A DNA stretch of 64,000 bases from positions 1 to 64,000 of the forward strand of contig NZ_JAQOSQ010000020.1 of NCBI RefSeq assembly GCF_030068455.1, in the 5' to 3' direction. The position numbers were made by a program, and so were the translations under genes. Every line of letters begins with the position of its first letter. The stretch's first letter is position 1. Below the pieces are notes generated by a model. The model had not been told where the DNA came from. It saw only the letters and a list, made by a program, of their open reading frames with translations, and ran no database searches. Below, one piece after another: positions 18,501 through 26,866 of the stretch. The DNA is from Roseofilum casamattae BLCC-M143. Its GTDB lineage: Bacteria; Cyanobacteriota; Cyanobacteriia; Cyanobacteriales; Desertifilaceae.

Positions 18501-19216
18501 CGCGGAAAATTTTCCATGACTTAGATATCCACGGCCGTTTCCGCACCATTCCCGGCGGCATGAATTTGAAAACCATCCAACAGTTTCGCCAGACTCATAG
18601 TAAATCAGCGTTGCGACAAAAATACGGCATTGCTGAAGATAAAACCGTTATTTCGATTATTGGAACCACCTGCGAGCGCAAAGGACAACATATTTTCTTG
18701 GAGGCCATTAAACACTTAGAGAAAATTTATCCGGCACAAAAATTCCAGAATTTAGAATTCTTAATCGTGGGAACTCGCGAAATTATCTATCTCGATTATT
18801 TGCGGCAAGTCCAGCAACGGTTAAAACTCGATTATGTGAAAATGTATCCCGAAACGCGCCAGGTATTTGACTTTTTTGGACTTACAGATATTTTCGTCTG
18901 TGCGAGTTTTGAAGAATCATTCCCTCGAGTCATTTTAGAAGCCATGGCCTTCGAGCTAAAAATTGTCAGCACCAATGTATTTGGCATTCCCGAAATGATT
19001 GGCGATCGCCACGAAGGCTATCTGGTGCGTCCCGGCGATCCAGAAGCCTTAGGTAATGCCTTAGTCGAGGCGATCGATACCGACTATGCCAACCGCTTGC
19101 GAGGCAATGCATATGCCCGAGTAAACCGTTTATTCGATAACCAAAAACAACTGCCCAAACATTTACAAATCGTAAAAGAAGCAATCTTGCAGCAGGAACC
19201 AACAAGCAATGCCTAA
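15587..19216 (+). CDS. tri-domain glycosyltransferase of 1209 aa: two GT2 (GT-A) domains followed by a C-terminal GT4 (GT-B) domain
   Basis: Two GT2 N-terminal signatures (VVVPIYNPPKEFLQETIASVRSQIYPNWELCLADDAS and VTIVIPNRDRIEMLAQCITSLEKT...VIIVDDDS). A C-terminal EX7E GT4 motif (FEESFPRVILEAMAFELKIVSTNVFGIPEMIGDRHEGYLV). Confidence 0.8.
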   Translation: MKRSPNPLVQMVKPSLKALLQRSGEPEVNPTGDLQGFLESPNAIERNVSGVLRIAGWLFHQKSAIASLILIQGNGAAEIMTYGELRPDVAEAFPDVPHAEKSGFGWNLPIEPNFSGQISIKIVARLENSGNNGHSSTLTCFTRQITIQNVYERPPKVKLSQRISGFMTKLILAYKQRGSIPLSPLVWVRFIKRYYDQTKTEPFTAYSGTIHPWQQQDPYQRWLETNRLTSKLRQLMEDSAAQLAETGVKISVVVPIYNPPKEFLQETIASVRSQIYPNWELCLADDASTEPYVKEILEAAQAADSRIKVVFRSENGHIVKATNSALEVATGEFIALLDHDDLLSPDALLHVAECIAKYPETDWVYTDEDKVTPTGERYGYQMKGVWSPEMAIAHNYTHHLAIIRKTLVDEVKELRPGLEGAQDIDLYLRVREKTTVDRVRHIPKVCYHWRVHAQSTASKGTQKTYVFDSAYRAISDALERRNLRAKPFLTELGEKYGLCLHQLQWDSSILAENPVTIVIPNRDRIEMLAQCITSLEKTVDSRYVSVIIVDDDSTEAETEQFWQHLENPSSVHQFTSLLPEKLQLSYRVIRTKRPDPSLSGREGFNYSRLVNLGAEQVKTPLMLQLNNDITAISPGWLEDMVGWLSIEGVGVVGARLLYPDNTLQHAGVCVGTNGGLAGHLFHGVSKDEIGYIFYPHITRNVSAVTGACLLTPTELYREVNGFDQEKLGLELNDVDYCLRVGSTGKRIVYTPQATLIHQGSASRGDYYNPKEHLNFMAKYPEICDRYINPSINIDSMVMDLDPLHYIHTDRISGIKILLVTHNLALEGAPLMAYHFAKHFVESGECQVSVVSLVDGPLRKDYEALNISVKLIEDNLQRVDGNLAAYRDRLQAVGELLKITNFDLILSNTMVGFWGVELAQLFNLPSIWNIHESCPIDRSLRNFFGDSPPQAMRQVLERCFQNASRVIFVADATRKIFHDLDIHGRFRTIPGGMNLKTIQQFRQTHSKSALRQKYGIAEDKTVISIIGTTCERKGQHIFLEAIKHLEKIYPAQKFQNLEFLIVGTREIIYLDYLRQVQQRLKLDYVKMYPETRQVFDFFGLTDIFVCASFEESFPRVILEAMAFELKIVSTNVFGIPEMIGDRHEGYLVRPGDPEALGNALVEAIDTDYANRLRGNAYARVNRLFDNQKQLPKHLQIVKEAILQQEPTSNA

Positions 19217-19240
19217 ACATCCAACTATTACTCGATCGAT

Positions 19241-20290
19241 ATGATTACACCAATCGCGAAAAATAGATATTCCCGAAAGTTACTGCTAATTCCTACATTA
19301 ATCTCTCTATTGGTGGGATTAGGTGCATGTCAAACAACTCCAAACTCCAGCGATAATAGTTCGCCAGAAACCGTAACAGTCCGTGCCGCTCATAGTGGCT
19401 TTCTGGAAGAAAGTTTTCAAACTGAAGTGGTTAACCTGGGTCTGGAAGAACTCGGTTATCAAATTGATTCGGTTAAAGAGTTGGACTACTCAGCCACTTA
19501 TCTGTCCCTTGCCAATGATGATTTAGACTATAGCGTTATTTACTATAATCCAGCCCATCAAGGATTTTATGAAAATGCGGGAGGTAATGAAAAAATCTAT
19601 TTATCAGATGTACTTATTCCTCCTGGAAGCCAAGGATATAGAATTGATAAAAAAACAGCAGAAGAATATAACATCTCCAGCATTGAACAATTGCAAGATC
19701 CGGAGATTGCTAAACTTTTTGACTCGGATGGCGATGGTAAAGCTAACTTAGCGGGCTGTAATCCGGGTTGGTCTTGTGAATCAATCATCGATGGTCATAT
19801 AGAGGCTTACAATCTGCAAGATACGGTCGAATACGATCGCGGAAATTATATTGCCCTGTTGACCGATACAATTGCGCGCTACGAGCAAGGAGAACCCGTA
19901 TTATTCTATGCTTACAATCCTCATTGGGTGTTTGCTATCTTACAAACCAATAAAGAAGCCGTATGGTTAGAAGTCCCCTTTACCTCTCTCCCAGAAGATT
20001 TAAGCAATGTAACCGCAGAAGAGACAACATTTGATGGAAAAAATTTGGGGTTTCCGGGAAGCGCACAAAATATAGTAGCGAATCAGCAGTTTATAAACGA
20101 GCACCCCATAGCTGAGCGCTGGTTTAATCTCGTTCAAATTCCTTTACAAGATATGAGTGAAGCTAGCTTGCGCATTAAAGAAGGCGAGACAACTCCAGAA
20201 GCAATTCGCTCTCTCGCTCAAGAGTGGGTAAGTGAGAATCAAACCCAATTTGATGAGTGGATTGAGGAAGCCAAAGCAGCGGCTCCATAA
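19241..20290 (+). CDS. lipoprotein, probable ABC-transporter substrate-binding protein (glycine-betaine/ProX-OpuAC-like)
   Basis: Lipobox LVGLGAC. The GCNPGWSCESII segment resembles betaine-binding-protein Trp/Cys box regions. 349 aa. Confidence 0.45.
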   Translation: MITPIAKNRYSRKLLLIPTLISLLVGLGACQTTPNSSDNSSPETVTVRAAHSGFLEESFQTEVVNLGLEELGYQIDSVKELDYSATYLSLANDDLDYSVIYYNPAHQGFYENAGGNEKIYLSDVLIPPGSQGYRIDKKTAEEYNISSIEQLQDPEIAKLFDSDGDGKANLAGCNPGWSCESIIDGHIEAYNLQDTVEYDRGNYIALLTDTIARYEQGEPVLFYAYNPHWVFAILQTNKEAVWLEVPFTSLPEDLSNVTAEETTFDGKNLGFPGSAQNIVANQQFINEHPIAERWFNLVQIPLQDMSEASLRIKEGETTPEAIRSLAQEWVSENQTQFDEWIEEAKAAAP

Positions 20291-20345
20291 TTCTAACGGT
20301 CGCAAGGACAGGGATTTAAACGGATTTGATTATCATGACATACCC

Positions 20346-21740
20346 TCAGTTCATTGCGACAACTTCTGCTTGCGGTAGAGCCGCTTTCAAAGCCGTTTTG
20401 CGCGCTTCAAACAACTCCAAGAGCTTCTCAATAACAATTTGCAGCACATCGGAAGGGAAGAGCGCTAAAAACTCCGAGGCGCTCAACTCTCCTTTAAAAA
20501 ACAACTTAGCTTGGGAAATCAGGTCGCGAATGCGATCGAATCCCATGGATTTCACCATAAACGTACTTAACGGCGAATTTTTTAGGTCGTAAGAGGAGTC
20601 TTGCAATCGGCCTTTCTCTAGAAGAGTAAGAACTTCTTGTTCCAGGGAGTCATTCGGTTGGTAGGGATTGCTTACCGTGGGGAGTAACTCTTCCAAAACG
20701 ACTGCCGCAACGCTGCCTTCAGTGCGCATTTCCCCCATCATGGTCGAAATCGGAATATTTTTCCCAAACTGCAACGACAGGGCTTCTAAGAAGGCAATGG
20801 ACAGCAGTTTAATCCCTAGGTACAACCGACCCACATCCATATTACGCTGCGATCGCTCCATCAGCAGTTGATAGTTGTCTGCGGTCGGAACATTGCGAAA
20901 CTCGTGGAAAATAATTTCCGGTTTCAGGAAGTTCATAAATCCTTCCATCTTTTGCAGAGCTGTCCGATATTGGCTCACCGTATAAGCGTTGGAATTTTTT
21001 AAGTGATGGTTCGTCTCGGGCAATAAATTCCAAGTACCGTCTAAAAAGCGAGCCGCACTTTCATAAGCAAAACTGCCCACATCTCGATTTGACATGCGTA
21101 CGGAACTATGGATAGTCGCGATCGCATCTTCATCGGTTAGTCCGGTTTTATACTTCTCATTCACCACCTTCATTCTTTGGTATAGTACCTCGCTACTACT
21201 GAGACCTTCGGCTGTTTTCGAGCGGAAGGGAATGGTGGCTTCAATACAGGCAATCACTTGTAAAATCAAGCCTGGGGAGAGAAAATCCTCATACACTTTG
21301 GCCGCAACTAAGGCACTGAGGAATTCATTTTGTCCGGTTATCGGCGAGAGCTTTTGTCCGGCTTGGAAGTTAAAGATATCTAAGACCATCTCTAACATTC
21401 GATCTTCGGGTAATTTTTCTCGCTCTAAAATAAAAAGATCTTCCCCAACTTGCAGGATAAAAGGACTAATATAGTAACTTAAGTTAAAATTTACACTTTT
21501 ATCAACTTGGACGTATACGACATCGTGGAACAGGGCCGCCAAGACTTCGATCGCGCTATCATTTCCCCCAACTTCAAAGATATGTTCTGGAGTATGGAAA
21601 TAGCGCCACGGTCCAGTCATCGTTTGCACGATCAAGTTGGCAATATCGGACAGTTTGCTTGGGTCCACTTCGACTTGTAAGCGATCGATCGCCCAAACCA
21701 GTTTTTCTAGACATTGTTTTTGGTCGTTTTCAAGACTCAT
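20346..21740 (-). CDS. hypothetical protein, 464 aa, with a possible N-terminal HD-type metal-dependent phosphohydrolase motif
   Basis: YFHTPEHIFEV ... ALFHDVVY is spaced like an H...HD motif. No other recognisable domain. Confidence 0.4.
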   Translation of the reverse strand: MSLENDQKQCLEKLVWAIDRLQVEVDPSKLSDIANLIVQTMTGPWRYFHTPEHIFEVGGNDSAIEVLAALFHDVVYVQVDKSVNFNLSYYISPFILQVGEDLFILEREKLPEDRMLEMVLDIFNFQAGQKLSPITGQNEFLSALVAAKVYEDFLSPGLILQVIACIEATIPFRSKTAEGLSSSEVLYQRMKVVNEKYKTGLTDEDAIATIHSSVRMSNRDVGSFAYESAARFLDGTWNLLPETNHHLKNSNAYTVSQYRTALQKMEGFMNFLKPEIIFHEFRNVPTADNYQLLMERSQRNMDVGRLYLGIKLLSIAFLEALSLQFGKNIPISTMMGEMRTEGSVAAVVLEELLPTVSNPYQPNDSLEQEVLTLLEKGRLQDSSYDLKNSPLSTFMVKSMGFDRIRDLISQAKLFFKGELSASEFLALFPSDVLQIVIEKLLELFEARKTALKAALPQAEVVAMN

Positions 21741-21878
21741 GGAGACCTCTGCACCTTTCGTCGATCCAATTAATATTTATTATGCACTGAATAGGGGATA
21801 GTGTGGTGAGGGATTATCCAGGCTCGGTTTTTTCCTGGCAACCTTCACCCCCCTATTCTTAACTCTTGTAGATGTATT

Positions 21879-23123
21879 CTAACTTGCTTTTTTGGGAGCG
21901 AGCATTTTCTCGAGACTAATCCCCAAAACTCCTAGGGTCACTAATCCCAATCCCAACCACTGCTGATTTCCCAGAGCTTCGCCAATGACGAATAAGCCAA
22001 ACAAGGCGGTCAAGGCCGGGCCGCTCGTTCCCACAATTGAGGCCAGTGCCGGGCCGGCAAAGCGAATGGCAAAGTTATTGAGCAAGTAGCTGCCGAGGGT
22101 CAGAATACCCAACACTGCACCACCGCCGAGCAATCCCAGTTGGGTTCCCGACTCGATGGATACTCCCAGTTCCGGAGGTAAGGGTAAGAGAAGGGAGATG
22201 CCGGAGAAGATAAAAATCGCCGCAAAGGAAACCATTGTGAATGGGATGGGGTGCAACTTCTTGGTTCCCAAACCCACTAAGAGTACGTAACCGGCAAAGG
22301 TGACGCCAGCGGCAATGGCAGCAGAAATTCCCAACTCGATATTGCCTTCCACACCTCCTTGGGGCAGGGCTAAGATACCGCCGGCGCCAATGACAACCAT
22401 TGCAACCAGGCGGGCTAGGGTTGGGCGATCGCCAAATAGGGCCCATGAAGCAAATATGATGACAATGGGATAGATGAAGAAAATCGTGATGGCGATGCCC
22501 GTGGGAATATTTCCAATGGCAATGTAGATGAATACCTGGGACAAAAATAGGAAGAACCCGCTGCCGACGACTTTCAGCATTTGCGAATAGTCGTTGGACT
22601 GAATAAACCGCTTCAGGTCATCCCATACCGACGGATAGAGAAATGTCGCTAAAAGCGGGAAGACCAGCATGACAACAATCATGCGTACGAAAAGGATCAA
22701 TAAAGAATTCCCTAACCCTGGCGTAATCAGTCCCTGTACCTCAAACATTCCCAAGACTTCTCTGGGATTGGGCGAGACTTTCAAGAGAATCTTCAGCGTC
22801 ACGTTAAACAAGGAAAGGACACAAGCTGAGAGAAATGCTAACAGCAAACCCGTCAACACTTGCGACTCCTTTTGCGTTTTCGCAGGAGCTGCAGCCACGG
22901 CAGGTGGCGATGCCGCATTGTCCATTTCCAGTTGCGATCGCAAGCGCCCGGCCAGAGCTTCTAGAGTTTGGATTTCTTCCAGAAGCCTAGCACTATCGCC
23001 ATTAGCATCGCGTCCGTCAATCTCTCGCTGACGGGCTAAAAGCCTTTCCAGTTGCTGGTTAACTTGTTTTAAGGTGTCTTTAGGGGTCTTAGAGTTGTCT
23101 AAGTCCGTGTTGTCCATTGGCAT
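21879..23123 (-). CDS. DMT-superfamily (EamA-like) transporter with a ~95-aa N-terminal coiled-coil extension
   Basis: Ten hydrophobic segments in two EamA-like halves. The N-terminus (QVNQQLERLLARQREIDG...LEEIQTLEALAGRLRSQLE) is heptad-like and charged. Confidence 0.6.
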   Translation of the reverse strand: MPMDNTDLDNSKTPKDTLKQVNQQLERLLARQREIDGRDANGDSARLLEEIQTLEALAGRLRSQLEMDNAASPPAVAAAPAKTQKESQVLTGLLLAFLSACVLSLFNVTLKILLKVSPNPREVLGMFEVQGLITPGLGNSLLILFVRMIVVMLVFPLLATFLYPSVWDDLKRFIQSNDYSQMLKVVGSGFFLFLSQVFIYIAIGNIPTGIAITIFFIYPIVIIFASWALFGDRPTLARLVAMVVIGAGGILALPQGGVEGNIELGISAAIAAGVTFAGYVLLVGLGTKKLHPIPFTMVSFAAIFIFSGISLLLPLPPELGVSIESGTQLGLLGGGAVLGILTLGSYLLNNFAIRFAGPALASIVGTSGPALTALFGLFVIGEALGNQQWLGLGLVTLGVLGISLEKMLAPKKAS

Positions 23124-23330
23124 TCACTTGAAAGACGACGGGTAAACAGTAGACGATCTTGCCAGAATTTAGTCATGGGTTTGTTGCTTTAAGCATACCG
23201 ATCCAAGGGGAAGAACGGAGAAATTTGCGGGTCTGTTTAACAATCTTAACGAATCTCCGCGAGTCTTCTTCGGTTAAGACAACACCGAAATGGCAAGATT
23301 TAGAGCTTTATGCAATTCAAGCCTCGTACC

Positions 23331-24551
23331 TTATCCGAGGAATAGACGGGCTGCTGACAAGATAGTAGCACTTATAGCTGCCGTCAAGGGAAGGGTAATT
23401 ACCCATACCAGTCCGATTTCCTGTAGCGTTTTCCAGCGTGGAGGTTGGGAAGTTTGCTGATAGTAGACCAGCCCGATCCCGACGACGGCTCCGACGAGAG
23501 CGTGAGAGGTAGAAACCGGGAAACCCAGACGAGAGGAGAGTAGAATCGTAGTCGCGGTAGCCACTTCAGCGCAAAATCCACCACTCGGTTGCAGCGGAAC
23601 AATCTTTTCACCGACGGTAGCAATTACATTTTTTCCCCAGATGGCAAGGCCAAAAACAATGCCGATGGCGCCAATAATCAATGTCCATAGGGGAACCTGA
23701 AAGGTGGAACTGCTTAGGTCTGAGTGTTCTTGAATTTGAGCGACGATGGCGAGGGGAGCGATCGCATTGCCCACATCATTGGAGCCATGAGCAAAAGCAA
23801 CGAAACAAGCGCTAACTACCTGGAATTGCACGAACAGAGTTTCTGCTGATTGGCTGGAGGCGAAGCGATGCCAACTGGTTAGGGTGAGAGCGGCGATGGC
23901 CAGACTGGCAGTGCCGATGGCAGCGGTATGAGGTGGAATGCCGGGAAGCGAGAAATGGCGGAATAGGGTGGGGAAAACAATGGCGCCAAACAGGCTAAAG
24001 ACCCCGGTCGCCAGCCACGGAATCCACTCTTGCAATCGTTGTTCGATGTCAGGGCGATCTAACACCCAAGCGCGCAACCGGTTGTAGAAGAGAAATGAAA
24101 GGCTGCCGCTGACGATCGGAGTAATGACCCACATCAGGGAAATTTGACCGATCGCTTTCCAGTCAATGGCGGACGGCCCCACCGCAACCCAAGTAAATCC
24201 GGCGATCGCGCCAACCACGGCGTGAGACGAAGCGACTGGCAATCCGAAACTGGTGGCAGTTTGCAGCCAAACACCGCAGGTGAGTAAGACGGAGATTGCT
24301 CCCAGGAAGAGCAGGTGAGGATCGGGAGCAAATGCTTCGATTTGAATCAGATCGGTGGCGAGGGTTTCGGAGACTCGGCCGCCAAAGAGAACGGCTCCGG
24401 TAAATTCAAACAATCCGGCAATAACCACGGCTTGCCCTAAGGTAATTGCTTTCGAGCCAACGGAGGTTCCCATGGAGTTGGCCACATCATTGGCACCTAA
24501 ATTACCGGCCACATAGAAGGCCAGCAGAATGGGTAGAATTAAATCGAGCAT
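23331..24551 (-). CDS. pit: inorganic phosphate transporter, PiT family
   Basis: GANDVANSMGTSVGS signature; a second GSNDVGNAIAPL repeat. The real start is MLDLILPI at 24551. The 67 upstream codons of the track ORF overlap the cbiA 3' end. Confidence 0.85.
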   Translation of the reverse strand: MLDLILPILLAFYVAGNLGANDVANSMGTSVGSKAITLGQAVVIAGLFEFTGAVLFGGRVSETLATDLIQIEAFAPDPHLLFLGAISVLLTCGVWLQTATSFGLPVASSHAVVGAIAGFTWVAVGPSAIDWKAIGQISLMWVITPIVSGSLSFLFYNRLRAWVLDRPDIEQRLQEWIPWLATGVFSLFGAIVFPTLFRHFSLPGIPPHTAAIGTASLAIAALTLTSWHRFASSQSAETLFVQFQVVSACFVAFAHGSNDVGNAIAPLAIVAQIQEHSDLSSSTFQVPLWTLIIGAIGIVFGLAIWGKNVIATVGEKIVPLQPSGGFCAEVATATTILLSSRLGFPVSTSHALVGAVVGIGLVYYQQTSQPPRWKTLQEIGLVWVITLPLTAAISATILSAARLFLG

Positions 24552-24600
24552 GCGAGCACCCCAGCAGTTTCGCGGTTGAACGTGAGATAGAATGAAACGG

Positions 24601-26028
24601 TCATTTGGTGGTAGAGACGGCTCGGTTCGAGTAGTCGAGCATCTGTTGCACGAAACGCTGGGGAATTTCCGGGCGATCGCCCCAATGCAAATGTAGGTAA
24701 GACGCATGGATGTTATGCATTTGCCATCCTTCCAGTGCAGGCAGGGCTTCACCGTAGCATTTACTTAACTCAAAGAGAGGAACGACGCCATTTCCGCCTT
24801 CGGGAGCGGGATGGGGGGTAGTAAGTTGAGAGCGATGGAATTCGTGACCGTACAGGGTGGTTTCGGTTTGCACAACGGGGCTAGGATTCAATACGGTTGC
24901 TTTGCGGTAGCCGAGGGTAAGCTGTTCTCCCATCACCGCATCCGAGGGAACGATCCCGACCATGTCGAGAATGTCTCCTTCAAAGGTCGTCACGGTTTTA
25001 CATAGGTACATCAGGCCGCCACATTCAGCATAGGTGGGCATTCCGCCTAAGATGGCTTGCCGTACTGCTGCTCGGGCCAGGTAGTTTTCCGACAGTTGTT
25101 GGGCAAATACTTCCGGGAAGCCTCCGCCAAAGTAGAGACCGTGAATCGACAGAGGCAAGGAGCGATCGCTCAGAGGGTTCCAAGGGAGCAGCTCTACACC
25201 TAACTCTTGGAGAATTTCTAAGTTATCGGCATAGTAGAAACTAAAGGCTGGAGCTTGGGCGATGGCCAATCGGACTTTCGGTTTAGGGGTTGCTATTGTT
25301 GCCGGTTGTGCTGGAGTTCCCGCTCCATCCGTTGGCTGCGCTGTCAGAAGTGGGTTGAGCTTGTCCCAATCAAAATTGTTTTCCCCAGCACGAGCGAGTC
25401 GTCCCAAAATTCGCTTAAATTGAGGCAGTTCCGCTGTCGGAATTAACCCCAAATGGCGATCGGGAATTCTCATACCGGACTCTTTGTGAAAAACTCCCAT
25501 AATTGGCAGTTCAATCGCTTCTAGAGCAGCTTCTAGGGCTTCTTGATGGCGATTGCTGGCGACTCGGTTGAGGATCGCTCCAGCAATATTAAGTTCCGGA
25601 TCGAGGGATTGACATCCGCGAGCTATAGCGGCGATGGAACCTGAAGTGCCGGAACAATCGAGGACGAGAATGACAGGTAAGTCTAACAGTCGAGCAATAT
25701 GAGCCGTTGAGGAGAAGAAGGGATAAGAGGATTGCCGATTGTAAGGGAGTCCATCAAAGAGTCCCATCACTCCTTCGACAATGGAGCATTCTGCAGACTG
25801 GCTGTGTTTCGAGTAGCACGATCGCACGTAGTCTGGTGAGGTCAGTACCGGATCGAGATTTCGGCAAGCTCGGCCGGTGACAGAGGCATGGAACATGGGA
25901 TCGATATAGTCCGGTCCCACTTTAAAGGCTTGAACCGATCGTCCTTGCTTTCCTAAACTCGCCAATAGCGACAGAGTTATTGTCGTTTTCCCGACTCCAG
26001 AGCGCTCTCCAGCAATAATTAATCCCAT
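24601..26028 (-). CDS. cbiA: cobyrinic acid a,c-diamide synthase
   Basis: N-terminal ATP-binding MGLIIAGERSGVGKTTITLSL, a central CobQ/CobB-type domain and a C-terminal glutamine amidotransferase region. 475 aa. Confidence 0.85.
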   Translation of the reverse strand: MGLIIAGERSGVGKTTITLSLLASLGKQGRSVQAFKVGPDYIDPMFHASVTGRACRNLDPVLTSPDYVRSCYSKHSQSAECSIVEGVMGLFDGLPYNRQSSYPFFSSTAHIARLLDLPVILVLDCSGTSGSIAAIARGCQSLDPELNIAGAILNRVASNRHQEALEAALEAIELPIMGVFHKESGMRIPDRHLGLIPTAELPQFKRILGRLARAGENNFDWDKLNPLLTAQPTDGAGTPAQPATIATPKPKVRLAIAQAPAFSFYYADNLEILQELGVELLPWNPLSDRSLPLSIHGLYFGGGFPEVFAQQLSENYLARAAVRQAILGGMPTYAECGGLMYLCKTVTTFEGDILDMVGIVPSDAVMGEQLTLGYRKATVLNPSPVVQTETTLYGHEFHRSQLTTPHPAPEGGNGVVPLFELSKCYGEALPALEGWQMHNIHASYLHLHWGDRPEIPQRFVQQMLDYSNRAVSTTK

Positions 26029-26062
26029 TATCTATTATTAATAAATTGATTTGTACTATCTA

Positions 26063-26866
26063 TTATCCATGATTTTTAATGCTTGGATTCAACCATCGAA
26101 GAATTTCCTGCTTTAACCGAGTTAAGTCTTTGTAAAACAACTCTTGTTTTACCCATTGACCCATTGCATCGATGGGACTAAATTCGGCTCCCGCTTGCCA
26201 GGATATATTTTGACCGAGAGGGGTGAGATGGTTGCCAGAAATAGTTTGTAGCACGACCATAGCCGGAAAACGGTGGCGCAAAACCCGGACTAATTGCAAA
26301 CTTTGATCGATTTTATCTTGACCAAAGCGAATTAATAGGTTGCGTGGAATTTGATAGCGGGTAGAAATCATCTGTTCGGTCTCTTCGGGGCTAGGAGTAA
26401 ATTCCAGTTGAAACAGGCGAGAAAGATCGAGTTCGGTGCCAAAAGGAATGGCATCATTTACGGGGTAGTTGTTGTAGGAAAGGAAAATATTACCCGCACG
26501 TTTGACTGGAGAGGCACTACCGATAATGAGATGGAGCTTGCATCCCATGCTGTGGCCCAAACCATAGATGGGAAGATAGCGACGGCGCAGCCGACCGGAC
26601 TCTTCCAGGTGTTTCAGGGTGCGATGAAATTCAGTCAGCACGGATTGAGCGATCGCGTGGTGATCGAAGGTATTAATAAAGGCAGTGGTGATGATAATGT
26701 AGCCTTGTTTGGCAATCTCTTCCAGTAGCCAGCGATACAGAATGTGAGGGGCCGCACCGATAAATGCTCCACCTAAAAAATGGATGATTCCTATGGGATG
26801 TTGTGGAATCAAGACCCAGTTTTTGTCAATGTCGATCCAGTGTTCCATATTTGTGATATACGACAT
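26063..26866 (-). CDS. alpha/beta-hydrolase-fold protein of unknown function (DUF1350-like)
   Basis: GLGHSMGCKLHLIIG nucleophile-elbow-like motif. The start ATG overlaps the upstream kinase stop (TAATG). Confidence 0.55.
   Translation of the reverse strand: MSYITNMEHWIDIDKNWVLIPQHPIGIIHFLGGAFIGAAPHILYRWLLEEIAKQGYIIITTAFINTFDHHAIAQSVLTEFHRTLKHLEESGRLRRRYLPIYGLGHSMGCKLHLIIGSASPVKRAGNIFLSYNNYPVNDAIPFGTELDLSRLFQLEFTPSPEETEQMISTRYQIPRNLLIRFGQDKIDQSLQLVRVLRHRFPAMVVLQTISGNHLTPLGQNISWQAGAEFSPIDAMGQWVKQELFYKDLTRLKQEILRWLNPSIKNHG

Noticed and set aside
21741-21878. Possible terminator (ccagg...cctgg) downstream of the DMT gene
   Set aside because: The stem is only 5 bp with an 11-nt loop, and there is no U-tract on the correct strand.
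22075-23031. ORFs 22075-22446 (minus) and 22669-23031 (plus) within the DMT transporter gene
   Set aside because: They overlap a coherent 10-TM transporter frame and have no independent support.
24552-24752. N-terminal 67 codons of the track ORF 23331-24752
   Set aside because: The PiT family begins at MLDLILPI (24551). The extension overlaps the cbiA 3' end.
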